This document shows, piece by piece, positions 36,242 through 46,538 of a stretch of 64,000 nt of DNA. The notes under the pieces were generated by a model. That model made no database searches and was not told the DNA's origin. It saw only the letters and a list, made by a program, of their open reading frames with translations. Made by a program: the position numbers and the translations under genes. Source of the stretch: Nitrospira sp. SB0677_bin_15 (GTDB lineage Bacteria > Nitrospirota > Nitrospiria > Nitrospirales > UBA8639); NCBI GenBank assembly GCA_009842645.1, contig VYFB01000068.1, forward strand, positions 10,904 to 74,903, in the 5' to 3' direction. The stretch's first letter is position 1, and every line of letters begins with the position of its first letter.

Positions 36242-37510
36242 TTACGCCTTTGCCTCAAGAAACGCGGGAATCCGTTCCCCGCGCACGAGATCGTCGAACG
36301 TCTCGCGGTCCCGGATCACGAAATGTTCCCCACCCTTCACCAGGATCTCCGGCACACGGGGTCTCGAATTATAATTAGACGCCATGGTGAATCCATAGGC
36401 TCCCGCGGACATTACCGCCAGGAGATTACCGGCTTTCACTTTGGGCATGGTCCGGCCTTGCGCGAGAAAATCCCCGGACTCGCAAACGGGTCCCACCACG
36501 TCGAACACTGCGTCCGGGGCATTCGGAACCTGACGAACCGGCAGGATGTCGTGATGGGCCTGATACAGGCTGGGTCGCAGCAAATCGTTCATTGCCGCGT
36601 CCACGATGGCGAAGTTCTTCGTGCCGGTCTCCTTGATGTAGAGGACGTGCGTCAACATCACGCCGGCGTTTCCCGCGATCACGCGGCCGGGTTCCATGAT
36701 GATCTCACACTGCGACGCTTTCAGGAGCGGCATGATGGCTTCGGCGTACTCCGTGGGAAGCGGCGGCGTTTCGTCCGAATACGTAATGCCGAGTCCCCCC
36801 CCAATGTTGAGATACCGGATCGGAATGTCCCGGCTCTTCAAGGTCTCGATCAGCCCCACCACTCTTTTCAGGGAGTCGACGAAGGGACTGACCTGCGTCA
36901 GTTGAGAGCCGATGTGCGCGTGCACCCCGATAACCTCGACGTTGGGGAGCGACGCCGCAGTCGTGAAATCTTCCAGTGCCCGGTCCGCGCCGATCCCGAA
37001 TTTACTCTTTTTCAACCCCGTCGTGATATAGGGATGAGTCTGGGGGTCGATGTCCGGGTTGACCCGGAGCGCCACGCGCGCGCGCAGGCCTTTTCCTCTC
37101 GCCACGTCATTGATGGCTTGGAGTTCCGCTGGCGATTCCACGTTGAACAACAGGATGTCGGAGTCCAGGGCGTAGCCGATTTCTTCCGGACTCTTGCCGA
37201 CCCCTGCAAACACGATTTTGCTTGGGGGGATGCCGGCTTGCAACGCGCGAAACAATTCACCGCCCGATACGATGTCGGCCCCGCTTCCCAGTGACGCCAT
37301 CAGCCGGAGAATGGCCAGGTTGGAATTAGCCTTCATGGCGAACGCGATGAGGTGAGGGACTGCAGCAAAGGCTTGGTCAAAGGCTCGAAAATGGCGGGTC
37401 AGCGTCGCGTGACTGTAGATATAGCAGGGCGTGCCCTGTTCCTTCGCCAGGCGTTCGAGCGGGACGTCTTCACAGAAGAGCGCATCATTGTGATAGTGAA
37501 AGTCATGCAT
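36242..37510 (-). CDS. lysA: Diaminopimelate decarboxylase
   Basis: PLP-fold motifs AMKANSN, HAHIGSQ, GGGLGI, CESGD. Start set at ATG 37508-37510. Confidence 0.9.
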   Translation of the reverse strand: MHDFHYHNDALFCEDVPLERLAKEQGTPCYIYSHATLTRHFRAFDQAFAAVPHLIAFAMKANSNLAILRLMASLGSGADIVSGGELFRALQAGIPPSKIVFAGVGKSPEEIGYALDSDILLFNVESPAELQAINDVARGKGLRARVALRVNPDIDPQTHPYITTGLKKSKFGIGADRALEDFTTAASLPNVEVIGVHAHIGSQLTQVSPFVDSLKRVVGLIETLKSRDIPIRYLNIGGGLGITYSDETPPLPTEYAEAIMPLLKASQCEIIMEPGRVIAGNAGVMLTHVLYIKETGTKNFAIVDAAMNDLLRPSLYQAHHDILPVRQVPNAPDAVFDVVGPVCESGDFLAQGRTMPKVKAGNLLAVMSAGAYGFTMASNYNSRPRVPEILVKGGEHFVIRDRETFDDLVRGERIPAFLEAKA

Positions 37511-39374
37511 CTTGCGGCAACTCGTCAAACAGTTCGGGGTCGAGCAGCGTCAACCCTTCGAGGGCCGAATGAAACGCGTCTTGTAATTTCCGGTAACGCA
37601 GTTTCGCGTAAGGCGCGACCGCCTTGAGCACGTCCTGATCCATGAGCATCCGGATGGCCCCGGGAGTGGCCTGCCGGAGATGCTCGAAGTTGACGACGAT
37701 GTCCATCCGGGCTTTCTGCGCGGCGTCCTTGATGCGCTCCAGGAGTTCCCTGGCGTTCAGATGATCCAACGTGCCTTCCAGGTCGATAAACAGCGCCACG
37801 GGCGTATCGTGGCGCCGGCCCTTGATGTTCAGGAACAACTCGTGCGGCTTCGCGGGCACCTTGATCTTGTGCAGGGCGTTGGGAATGAGTTGTCCGGTAT
37901 CCAGCGAGGGCAGCTTCGCCTGCAAGTTCTTGAGCACGGCCGCAATGGGAGAGAGTTTCCCCTGAGGACAGGATCGTTTGACCAGCTTGCGAAATTCGTA
38001 ATTCATCTCGATGCGGGGGATCAGGCGCTGGCTGGTATGCCGGAGTCGATGCCAAATGGATCTCAACGAATAGAACTCATGGTTGACCCAGAAGAAGCCT
38101 TCCTGCAGTTGTTCCGGCGTCATCCGTTTTGGGCGAAACACCACGTGCTTCCCGTCGTATTTTGCCCAGTCCCGATCGAAGATCCGGCCCTCGCGGGTAT
38201 ACCGTTCATATAAGGCAGTACCGGGGAGGGGCGTCAGGACGTTAAAATATGCCAACTCCACGCGATTGCGGATGAGAAAGTTCAGTGTGGATTCGAACAC
38301 GGCCTCATCGTCGTTATCGAACCCGAACACCATGCCCGGATTCACCATAATGCCATGGTCGTGGAACATCTTGATCTGGTCTTCGAATTTTCTGACCTGG
38401 TTGAAGCCCTTGTTGGTTTCAGCCAGGGAATTATCGGAGATCGATTCCATGCCCACGAACACCGAGATGCAGCCGCTGTCCGCCGCCAACTTGACCATCT
38501 CCGGATCGTCTCCCAAAAACAGGGTGGATTGGCATCCCCATTTGATGTTCAGGGATTTCATGGCCTGCCACAACTCCCGGCAATAGGCACGGTGACTGTT
38601 GTGCAGGTCGTCTACGAAGGCCACGATCGATCCTTCTTCGAGCCCCACCCAGACTTTCGCGGCGATGGTCATGGCTTCCCGTAACGTTCCCGTTGCCATG
38701 CGCTCGACCAACTCGGCTCGTATCCATTCTTTGACGTTCCTGATTTCTTCGATGACTTCCGGCACTGGCCGACGTCTGGTGGTTTTCCCGTTGAAGGGCG
38801 ACACGCTACAAAACTCGCAATCGAAATGGCAGCCGCGCGTCGTGAACGTGCAATGCCGTGTCATGTAGGAATCCGGGCTGAGGAGCTGGATATTCGGGGC
38901 ACGGTAGTTGTCCAGCGCGGGGAATTGCTCCATCCGGTAGATGCGTTTCATCTGCCCGGCCTCGAAGTCTGCGATGGCTTGCGGCCACAGGTCTTCGGCT
39001 TCCCCGCATACGATGGTATCACAATATCGCAGGGCTTCCTCCGGACAATAGGTGGGGTGGACGCCGCCGAGAACCACGGTTTTGCCGCGTTTGCGAAATT
39101 CCATGGCGAGTTCATAGGCCCGCGGGGCATAGCAGGTCATCACGGAAATACCCACCAGGTCGCAGGGCTGATCGAAGTCGATGGACTGGACTGCCTCATC
39201 CACGAGCCGCACGTCCCATGTGGGCGGGGTGTACGCGGCGATGACGGGCAAACTGAGTTTGGGAAACCAGATGGAACGCCGCTCGCTCGCAGTCATGCGA
39301 TACGGATTGTTCCTGGGGTAGGGATCGAGGAGAAGTAGCGTCCGGGTTGTCTCGCGTCCTGCGTGTTCGTCCAT
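37503..39374 (-). CDS. B12-binding-domain radical SAM protein with STAS-like C-terminal extension
   Basis: 623 aa. N-terminal cobalamin-binding-like region, CHFDCEFC (CxxxCxxC) cluster motif, and a C-terminal ~110 aa (LFIDLEGTLDHLNARELLERI...IVVNFEHLRQATPGAIRML) resembling an anti-sigma antagonist/STAS fold. Confidence 0.75.
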   Translation of the reverse strand: MDEHAGRETTRTLLLLDPYPRNNPYRMTASERRSIWFPKLSLPVIAAYTPPTWDVRLVDEAVQSIDFDQPCDLVGISVMTCYAPRAYELAMEFRKRGKTVVLGGVHPTYCPEEALRYCDTIVCGEAEDLWPQAIADFEAGQMKRIYRMEQFPALDNYRAPNIQLLSPDSYMTRHCTFTTRGCHFDCEFCSVSPFNGKTTRRRPVPEVIEEIRNVKEWIRAELVERMATGTLREAMTIAAKVWVGLEEGSIVAFVDDLHNSHRAYCRELWQAMKSLNIKWGCQSTLFLGDDPEMVKLAADSGCISVFVGMESISDNSLAETNKGFNQVRKFEDQIKMFHDHGIMVNPGMVFGFDNDDEAVFESTLNFLIRNRVELAYFNVLTPLPGTALYERYTREGRIFDRDWAKYDGKHVVFRPKRMTPEQLQEGFFWVNHEFYSLRSIWHRLRHTSQRLIPRIEMNYEFRKLVKRSCPQGKLSPIAAVLKNLQAKLPSLDTGQLIPNALHKIKVPAKPHELFLNIKGRRHDTPVALFIDLEGTLDHLNARELLERIKDAAQKARMDIVVNFEHLRQATPGAIRMLMDQDVLKAVAPYAKLRYRKLQDAFHSALEGLTLLDPELFDELPQDA

Positions 39375-39461
39375 GCAACGATCTCCCTTACTCTAGTGTC
39401 GAGTCAACAGGTTGAGAATGGTCGAAATTTATCTGAATCACGTCGTTTCGCTCAAGGCCGG

Positions 39462-39701
39462 TTATTGGTTTCCCACGGGTTGAAGAGGGGGCAGCCAAGG
39501 CGGACACCCAGGTCCGCCCCTACAGGGCTCCTCCGGGGTCGAGCGTTTCTCTTCGGCTTGGCGCTGGGCACGGATCTTAGCTTCGATCCCGATATCTTCC
39601 GGAGCGATTGGGGCGCCCATCACCCCGCAGCCCGCAAACGACAACAGCATGGCCGAAACGAGAATGCGAAGAAGAACGGGGGGCGCAGAATCGGATACCA
39701 T
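39462..39701 (-). CDS. Small lipoprotein (LptM/YifL-like position upstream of lysA)
   Basis: Lipobox LLSFAGCGVMG. 79 aa with ATG at 39699-39701. Confidence 0.5.
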   Translation of the reverse strand: MVSDSAPPVLLRILVSAMLLSFAGCGVMGAPIAPEDIGIEAKIRAQRQAEEKRSTPEEPCRGGPGCPPWLPPLQPVGNQ

Positions 39702-39703
39702 CT

Positions 39704-41137
39704 TCAGGCTTTCTTGGCGAGGCGTGCTTCCCAGGCGTTCACTTGCCGGGTCACCTGCTTTCGGGCAGTGGCCCCGGTTTGAACTTTCCGGTCAACGGCT
39801 CCTTCAATAGTCAGGTACCGCAACGCGTCCTTGGAAAAATGCGGGGACGCGCCCTTGAGATCGGCCAACGAGAGTTGATGCCAGTCCACCTGACGCTCCA
39901 GACAGTATCGCACCAATTGACCGATGATACCATGGGCTTCCCGAAAGGGGATGCCCTTTTTTACCAGGTAATCGGCCAACTCGGTGGCCAGGAGAAACCC
40001 CGACCCCACGGCTTCCGACAGCACGTCGCGGCGGACGCGAAGCCGCCGGATCAACTCGGCGTAGATCACCAGCGAATCCAGCACGGTTCCCATGGCGTCA
40101 AAAAGAGGCTCCTTGTCTTCCTGCAGGTCCCGATTGTAACTCAGGGGGAGCCCCTTGAGGGTCGTCATGATCGAGAGAAGATGACCGTACACCCGGCCGG
40201 TTTTGCCGCGGACCAGCTCGGGCACGTCCGGGTTTTTTTTCTGGGGCAGCATACTGCTGCCGGTGCAAAAGCCGTCCGGTAAGTCCACAAAGGAAAATTC
40301 AGACGACGCCCATAGGACAAGTTCTTCGCTCAACCGTGACAGGTGCATCATGATGATGGCCAGTACCCCGAGCGTTTCCGCCACGTAATCCCGGTCCGAG
40401 ACTCCGTCCAGGCTGTTGCGGGTCAGGGCGGGAAACTCCAGCAGCTTCGCGGTGAAGGCCCGGTCAATCGGATAATTGTTGCCGGCCAGGGCGCCTGAAC
40501 CAAGGGGCATGACGTTGACGCGTTTCAGGGCGTCCCGTACGCGGGCGTTGTCACGTTCCAGCATTTCCACGTACGCCAGAAAATGATGGGCCAGCGAGAC
40601 GGGCTGGGCGCGTTGAAGATGGGTGTACCCGGGAATGATCACATCGAGGTTCTCCCTGGCTTGTTCAACGAACGCCCGTTGCAAATCCTGAATGTGCGAC
40701 TCCACCGTTCGAAGGTGGTCTCGCAGGTAAAGACGAAGATCCAGGGTGACCTGATCGTTCCGGCTCCGGCCGGTATGGAGCTTGCCGCCGACCGGGCCCA
40801 CAAGTTCCGTCAACCGGCGCTCCACCGCCATGTGGATGTCTTCATCCGAATCCGCAAACGGAAACCGGTTTTCACGAAGCTCGTCTCGAACCAGTTCAAG
40901 TCCGTGCATCAGGGTGCGGCGTTCCGCCCGGGTCAGGATCGTGGCTTTTTCCAGGGCCTGGCAATGGGCGAGGCTGCCTTGGATGTCGTATTCGAACAAC
41001 TGTCGATCAAACGGCAGGGAGGACGTAAAACGTTCGACCAACGCATGCGTCGGTTCGACGAATCGCCCTGTCCATGCCTTTGTAGGGACAACCCCCCGTG
41101 GTTGTCCTTTGCCCTGTGTACGCTTGCGGGAGCTCAT
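39704..41137 (-). CDS. argH: Argininosuccinate lyase
   Basis: 477 aa. [12 protein letters not shown] fumarate-lyase signature. ATGA overlap with argG. Confidence 0.92.
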   Translation of the reverse strand: MSSRKRTQGKGQPRGVVPTKAWTGRFVEPTHALVERFTSSLPFDRQLFEYDIQGSLAHCQALEKATILTRAERRTLMHGLELVRDELRENRFPFADSDEDIHMAVERRLTELVGPVGGKLHTGRSRNDQVTLDLRLYLRDHLRTVESHIQDLQRAFVEQARENLDVIIPGYTHLQRAQPVSLAHHFLAYVEMLERDNARVRDALKRVNVMPLGSGALAGNNYPIDRAFTAKLLEFPALTRNSLDGVSDRDYVAETLGVLAIIMMHLSRLSEELVLWASSEFSFVDLPDGFCTGSSMLPQKKNPDVPELVRGKTGRVYGHLLSIMTTLKGLPLSYNRDLQEDKEPLFDAMGTVLDSLVIYAELIRRLRVRRDVLSEAVGSGFLLATELADYLVKKGIPFREAHGIIGQLVRYCLERQVDWHQLSLADLKGASPHFSKDALRYLTIEGAVDRKVQTGATARKQVTRQVNAWEARLAKKA

Positions 41138-42399
41138 TTCGATCGCCGGGTTTTTCCACGGGAGGCGCCACGGGACCGGGCTGTCTCCCGGGATTTAATG
41201 ATCGCCAGGCGCAAGGCATTGAGCCGGATAAACCCTTGGGCATCCTGCTGGCGATACCCCTCGTCCTCTTCGAACGTTGCGAGGTCTTCCCGGTACAGCG
41301 ACGACTCGGACCGGCGGCCCGTGACCGTGCAATTCCCCTTGTACAATTTAATCCGGACCGTGCCGTTCACTCCGCGTTGGGCCTCATCCATGAGTTTCTG
41401 CAGCATCACGCGTTCGGGAGCGAACCAATAGCCGTAATACACGAGTTCCGCGTACCGTGCAATCAAGCCGTCGCGCAGGTGCAGCACCTCCCGGTCCATG
41501 GTCAGGGATTCGATACCGCGGTGCGCCACGTGCAGGATCGTCCCGCCTGGAGTTTCATAGACCCCGCGAGACTTGATGCCCACGTAGCGGTTTTCCACCA
41601 GGTCTACCCGTCCGATGCCATGTTGCCCCCCGAGCCGGTTAAGGAACTCGAGAAGGTTGGCCGGAGACAGGCGCCGGCCGTTCACCGCGACCGGGTTTCC
41701 GTGCTCGAATGCGATTTCAATCCGGCGGGACCTGTCCGGCGCGCGTTCCGGGGAAACCGTCATCTGAAAAATGGATTCGGGTGGGGCTTTCCAGGGGTCT
41801 TCGAGGATTCCGCCTTCGTAACTCACGTGAAACAGGTTCAGGTCCATGCTGTAGGGTTTCGCCTTGGTGGCGGTGACGGGGATCCCGTGTTTGCGGGCGT
41901 ACCGGATCAACTCACCGCGGGACTGCAACGACCACTCCCGCCACGGCGCGATGATGGCGATATCGGGATTGATGGCCGTATACGTGAGTTCGAACCGGAC
42001 CTGATCGTTGCCTTTGCCGGTGGCGCCGTGACTCACGGCCTGAGCTTTTTCCTGTTGCGCGATTTCGATCTGGCGCCGGGCGATCAGCGGACGCGCGATC
42101 GAGGTGCCCAACAAATACGAGCCTTCGTACACGGCATTGGCGCGGAGCATGGGAAAGACGTAGTCCTTGACGAACGTTTCCCGAAGATCCTCCACGTAGA
42201 CTTTCGCCGCCCCCACGGCCACGGCCTTGTTCTTGATAGCTCGGAGATCTTCGCCCTGACCGAGGTCCGCGCAGAAGGCGATGACGTCGGCCTTGTATTC
42301 CGTCCTGAGCCATTGCAGGATGACCGAGGTATCGAGCCCGCCTGAATAGGCCAGAACGACTTTGCTGATCGCGTTGGATTGCGGTGAACGTGTCGGCAT
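41134..42399 (-). CDS. argG: Argininosuccinate synthase
   Basis: 421 aa. [10 protein letters not shown]-loop-like motif and [14 protein letters not shown]. Confidence 0.92.
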   Translation of the reverse strand: MPTRSPQSNAISKVVLAYSGGLDTSVILQWLRTEYKADVIAFCADLGQGEDLRAIKNKAVAVGAAKVYVEDLRETFVKDYVFPMLRANAVYEGSYLLGTSIARPLIARRQIEIAQQEKAQAVSHGATGKGNDQVRFELTYTAINPDIAIIAPWREWSLQSRGELIRYARKHGIPVTATKAKPYSMDLNLFHVSYEGGILEDPWKAPPESIFQMTVSPERAPDRSRRIEIAFEHGNPVAVNGRRLSPANLLEFLNRLGGQHGIGRVDLVENRYVGIKSRGVYETPGGTILHVAHRGIESLTMDREVLHLRDGLIARYAELVYYGYWFAPERVMLQKLMDEAQRGVNGTVRIKLYKGNCTVTGRRSESSLYREDLATFEEDEGYRQQDAQGFIRLNALRLAIIKSRETARSRGASRGKTRRSK

Positions 42400-42415
42400 C
42401 GTGGTATGAAGATGG

Positions 42416-43504
42416 TCAGGGCCAGGGCCGCCCCAGCCACTCCGTTAAGATCGCTTTTTGAACGTGCAGGCGGTTTTCCGCCTGCCGAAGGACCACGGAC
42501 TGCGGGCCGTCCAGCACCGCCGCGGTAATTTCTTCACCCCGGTGAGCCGGAAGACAATGCAACACGATGGCCGAGGATTTGGCCCGGCTGAGGAGTCGTT
42601 CGTTTAATTGGTAGGGGGCTAGAATTTTCACCCGTTCGGCTTGTTCCTGCTCCTGTCCCATACTCGTCCAGACGTCCGTATAGAGCGCATCGGCGTTCTC
42701 CGCGGCCTCACCGGGGTCATGCACGATCTCGATGGTCGCGCCCGTGCGGCCGGCTTCTTCGCGGCTGCGTTCGACGATGCCGGGATCGGGTTGGTATTCC
42801 GGCGGGCATCCGATCACGACGTGCATCCCGACTTTCGCCCCGGCTTCGATCAATGAATTCGCCACGTTGTTCCCGTCCCCCACGTACGCGAGTTTGAGAC
42901 CGTGGAACACGTCTTCGGTGAAAGATTCTTTGACTTCCATGAGCGTGAACAGGTCGGCCAGGGCCTGACAGGGATGACACAGGTCCGTCAACCCGTTGAT
43001 GACCGGCACGGTGGCATGGCGGGCCCATTCCTCCAGCGTGGACTGCTCGAACGTGCGGATCACGAGCCCGTCCAGGTACCGGGACAGCACGAGGGCCGTA
43101 TCGCCGAGGCTTTCGCCCCGGCTGAGTTGGATGGTATCCGACGGCAGGAACAAGGCCTGCCCGCCCAATTGATGCATGCCCGCTTCAAAGGAAACCCGCG
43201 TGCGGGTCGAGGGTTTCTCGAACAGCAGGCCCAAGGTCAATCCCGAAAGCCATTGAGAAGCCGGACCGGACCGCGGGGTCGCCTTCAGTTCGCGCGCAAT
43301 GCGAAACAGGCGGAAGATCCGGCTGCCGGACAGGCCGGAGACAGCCAGTAAGTCTTTCGTGCCGCCTTGCGGCGTCGCCGGTGGGGCCGCCGAAACGCCG
43401 GGTTCTGAAAAGGATTGTCCCAAGAGTGTCATGTAGGGGACGGCCCCCATGCCGTCCATGATCCCAATTGAATTGCGTGTAACGTCATTTTTGCCCGTCT
43501 TCAT
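42416..43504 (-). CDS. argF: Ornithine carbamoyltransferase
   Basis: [34 protein letters not shown] 43502-43504 overlaps the argD stop. The N-terminal ~45 aa are an extension of uncertain reality. Confidence 0.85.
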   Translation of the reverse strand: MKTGKNDVTRNSIGIMDGMGAVPYMTLLGQSFSEPGVSAAPPATPQGGTKDLLAVSGLSGSRIFRLFRIARELKATPRSGPASQWLSGLTLGLLFEKPSTRTRVSFEAGMHQLGGQALFLPSDTIQLSRGESLGDTALVLSRYLDGLVIRTFEQSTLEEWARHATVPVINGLTDLCHPCQALADLFTLMEVKESFTEDVFHGLKLAYVGDGNNVANSLIEAGAKVGMHVVIGCPPEYQPDPGIVERSREEAGRTGATIEIVHDPGEAAENADALYTDVWTSMGQEQEQAERVKILAPYQLNERLLSRAKSSAIVLHCLPAHRGEEITAAVLDGPQSVVLRQAENRLHVQKAILTEWLGRPWP

Positions 43505-44712
43505 GAATGCGAAAGCGACTCGAGTCGTTTCTGCAACACGCCCAACAATACGTCCAACAATCGATCGATCTCGTTATTGGTCACAATCAACGGCGGCACG
43601 AAGCGAAGCACGTTGCCCACGGTGCAGTTGATCAACAGGCGTCGTGCCAAACAGTCCCGAACGACCGGTTGCCCGTCGATGGATAACTCCATGCCTTGCA
43701 GGAGCCCAAGGCCGCGAACCGCGGTGACCACGGAAAGCCGGTTCTGCAACGATTGGAGTCCCTTGTGCAGGTAGGCCCCGGCAGCCCGGCAGCGTTCGAG
43801 CAGACGGTCATCCAGTAAGGCGTCAAACGTGGCCAGGGCGCCGGCACAGGCCAGGGGATTCCCGCCGAACGTGGACGCATGAGAACCCGGACCGAACGCT
43901 TGCGCCACGTCGTCGGTGGCGAGACAGGCGCCGATGGGAAGCCCGCCGCCCAAACCCTTGGCCAGGGTCATGATATCCGGCTGCACGTTGTAGTGTTCAT
44001 ACGCAAAGAGGGTGCCGGTTCTGCCCATGCCGGTCTGGACTTCATCGAAAATCAACAGCACGTCGCGGTTCCGGCAGAGCGCGTGGAGTTGTTTCAGAAA
44101 CGCTGCCTCGGCCACCACCACGCCGCCTTCGCCCTGTATGGGTTCAAGCATCACCGCGGCGGTGCGTTGATTCATTTGGCGTTCGATCGTGGACACGTCG
44201 TTGAAATCGGCGTATTTGAACCCTTGTGGGAGGGGAGCGAATCCCTGCTGCACTTTGGCCTGTCCCGTTGCCGTCAAGGTGGCCAGGGTTCGGCCGTGAA
44301 ACGAGTTGCGCATAGTGATGATCTCGTGCCGGTCCGGGCCGTATTTGTCAAAGGAATATTTGCGGGCGAGCTTGATGGCGGCTTCGTTGGCTTCGGCCCC
44401 GCTGTTGCAGAAGAACACCTTGTCGGCAAAGGAATGCGCGACCAATCGCTCCGCGAGCAGTACCTGTGGTTCGGAATAATACAGGTTCGACGTATGCAGA
44501 AGATGCCGGGCTTGTCGCTCGATAGCCGTGACCAGGTCAGGATGCCCGTGTCCCAGCGCATTGACCGCGATGCCTGCGACAAAATCCAGGTATTCCCGGT
44601 CCTCCGCGTCATAGACCTTGCACCCCTTGCCCCGCACCAGGCTGACGGGAAACCGGGCATACGTATTCATGATCGTCCGGGCGGAACGCTGTTGCAGATC
44701 TTCAGTCAGCAT
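43501..44712 (-). CDS. argD: Acetylornithine aminotransferase
   Basis: Class III aminotransferase: FCNSGAEANEAAIKLAR, DEVQTGMGRTG, LAKGLGGG. ATG at 44710-44712 is preferred over the track's GTG at 44751. Confidence 0.88.
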   Translation of the reverse strand: MLTEDLQQRSARTIMNTYARFPVSLVRGKGCKVYDAEDREYLDFVAGIAVNALGHGHPDLVTAIERQARHLLHTSNLYYSEPQVLLAERLVAHSFADKVFFCNSGAEANEAAIKLARKYSFDKYGPDRHEIITMRNSFHGRTLATLTATGQAKVQQGFAPLPQGFKYADFNDVSTIERQMNQRTAAVMLEPIQGEGGVVVAEAAFLKQLHALCRNRDVLLIFDEVQTGMGRTGTLFAYEHYNVQPDIMTLAKGLGGGLPIGACLATDDVAQAFGPGSHASTFGGNPLACAGALATFDALLDDRLLERCRAAGAYLHKGLQSLQNRLSVVTAVRGLGLLQGMELSIDGQPVVRDCLARRLLINCTVGNVLRFVPPLIVTNNEIDRLLDVLLGVLQKRLESLSHS

Positions 44713-44789
44713 AACGACGAAACCTCGCGTATAAACAGGCGAATCTAACACAGGGCTTCTCAGTGACGCAACGGAACGGCGTCGCTATT

Positions 44790-44837
44790 CCCCTCCTTTG
44801 TAAGGAGGGGCGAGGGGAGGTAGAGGTATTTGCATTC
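44790..44837. repeat. Family C repeat (copy 2, reverse orientation)
   Basis: cccctcctttgtaaggaggggcgaggggaggtagaggtatttgcattc. Confidence 0.55.
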
Positions 44838-45082
44838 GTCATTTACACTGTCTGAAAGTTTACGCTATAGTGCTTTTGTCTGCTTCATCAAAGCGACCCC
44901 TCTGTCGGGTCGCCTGCTCAATATAAGAGCCTCGCATCGTCTTCGTGGGTAGCTCCCACGTCAGACGATGTTGTATCCAAAAGGGTAAATACGCAGGGTC
45001 TCCAAGATGCTTTGGTGAGGCAGACACGGCCCGACCATGTGCGGATCGGACCGTTGGCCATCATTTTCACTACAAGGAGGGT

Positions 45083-46255
45083 ATGATGAAACATTTTCAT
45101 CTGGGGACGATCACGCTCAGTATCGGGCTTTTGCTCAGTGCCTGTGGGGGCGGAGGGGGAGGGTCTATGAATGGCATGATGGAGACAGGAGATACGCCAT
45201 CTGATCCTCAACCGCCACCTTCAGAAATGCAGACTGCGGAAATGCAGACTGCGTTCAGTGGGACACAGACGAGGAATGTCTCTGATCTCACGTACGCTTC
45301 AGCAACTCAGGTAGCAACTCAGTCGTTAAATGCCAGTCAGCAACCCAGTACCCCTATCTTTGGCAGCGTTGTCCAAGCCTTTACTTCTCCCAGGCTCTCC
45401 GATGTAACCGGGATTGAGACAACGTTTAATGGCAGCCGGTTCACCCTTCAAATCAATCGTCAGGATGGAAGTTCGACCACATTGGATACCGACCATGACG
45501 ACGTTTTGGACGTTGAGGAGATTTCGCCTTCTGAGAATCAAGTTACTAACAGAAACGCTGCGGAAGGCTATGTCTACAGGCTGAATGAATCTCCATTGAC
45601 GTTGACGGCTGCGGGAGTGTCTGTGGAGTGGGCCAGCACCGATTTTACCGATTATCTGTCCGGAGGCTATTGGGTGCACGTCGATATTAATGCGCAACAC
45701 GCTGAAATCGGGGCATTTATAGACGGGCCGGAATTTGAAAGGACCATACAGGTACCTGTCACCGGTACGGCCACGTATACCGGCAGGGCAGGCGGTGTGT
45801 ACGTTTCACGTTATGGAACAGATTTCCCCGGTGTTCCTTCGGGAACATTGGAACAAGGTGAGTACACGGGACGAGCCAGGCTGACGGCTGATTTTGAGTC
45901 CAGCCGGATCTCAGGACGGATTGACAATATCGGTCTGTACCACGTCAGTACTATGGAACCTGATGGAACAATAGATTATTATCCAAGTTTACAAAACACA
46001 GACTATGAGGGCATCCTCGGTGCCGCGCCTATAAACCAGACCGGAACTTTTGAAGGTCAAGGTGTGACGCTGACACATCCTCAAGTTCAAATCACCTCTT
46101 CGGGCTCATGGGCAGGCAGGTTTTCAATCAGTGATAACGCTGCGGGCAACCCGCGAGCCGTCGCGGGAACACATCGCGCGTCCTTCACAACTGCTGGAGA
46201 CAGTACTGGCATATTTGTAGGGGCATTCTACGGGGCCACTGAGCGGTTTGAATAA
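45083..46255 (+). CDS. Lipoprotein with TbpB-like beta-barrel C-terminal region
   Basis: ATG 45083 preceded by AAGGAGG. Lipobox LLLSACGGGGGGS. C-terminal pattern GTATYTGRAGGVY...ARLTADFESSRISGRI...GTFEG...GIFVGAFYG resembles transferrin-binding-protein-like lipoproteins. Confidence 0.5.
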   Translation: MMKHFHLGTITLSIGLLLSACGGGGGGSMNGMMETGDTPSDPQPPPSEMQTAEMQTAFSGTQTRNVSDLTYASATQVATQSLNASQQPSTPIFGSVVQAFTSPRLSDVTGIETTFNGSRFTLQINRQDGSSTTLDTDHDDVLDVEEISPSENQVTNRNAAEGYVYRLNESPLTLTAAGVSVEWASTDFTDYLSGGYWVHVDINAQHAEIGAFIDGPEFERTIQVPVTGTATYTGRAGGVYVSRYGTDFPGVPSGTLEQGEYTGRARLTADFESSRISGRIDNIGLYHVSTMEPDGTIDYYPSLQNTDYEGILGAAPINQTGTFEGQGVTLTHPQVQITSSGSWAGRFSISDNAAGNPRAVAGTHRASFTTAGDSTGIFVGAFYGATERFE

Positions 46256-46263
46256 TGAACTTG

Positions 46264-46434
46264 AGGAACCTCTGATTTAGTGCACTATCGGGCGCATGGC
46301 TGCGTTGTGTCCTCGCTCAACCCTCACTTATCTCTATGATAAGCTTCGGGTTTCGCTGCGGGACGTCTTGCCCTGCATCCCGCTATCACAATAAACCTGT
46401 CCTTGACGTTCTTAATCGAGGATCAGAGGTTCCT
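46264..46434. mobile_element. MITE-like element (copy 2) carrying a ~27-bp internal insertion
   Basis: Same left end aggaacctctgattta. The right end tcagaggttcct is displaced by cctgtccttgacgttcttaatcgagga (46396-46422), which contains the ttaatcgagga motif seen at 21330 and 47840. Confidence 0.65.
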
Positions 46435-46538
46435 TGATACCCTGGCTCGGACACACACCCGAGCCAGGGTATTTTTCATCGAAGGACAGGAGTAGCCGAT
46501 TGGGCAACTCCCCATTCTGTCAGCGGATGAGTGAACGG

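Noticed and set aside
36218-37294. 358-aa ORF on the plus strand. The same applies to 41098-42345, 43879-44748, 34427-35206, 19981-20715, 22509-23408, 7617-8372, 40583-41431, 149-772 and 310-789.
   Set aside because: All lie antisense to, or out of frame within, genes with unmistakable motifs (lysA, argG, argD, dapB, hemL, res, hsdR, argH, larB). Their compositions are Arg/Gly/Pro-rich, as expected for shadow ORFs in high-GC DNA.
44990-45080. Possible sigma-54 promoter (tggccatcattttca) upstream of the lipoprotein gene.
   Set aside because: It lacks the -12 GC dinucleotide at the correct spacing.
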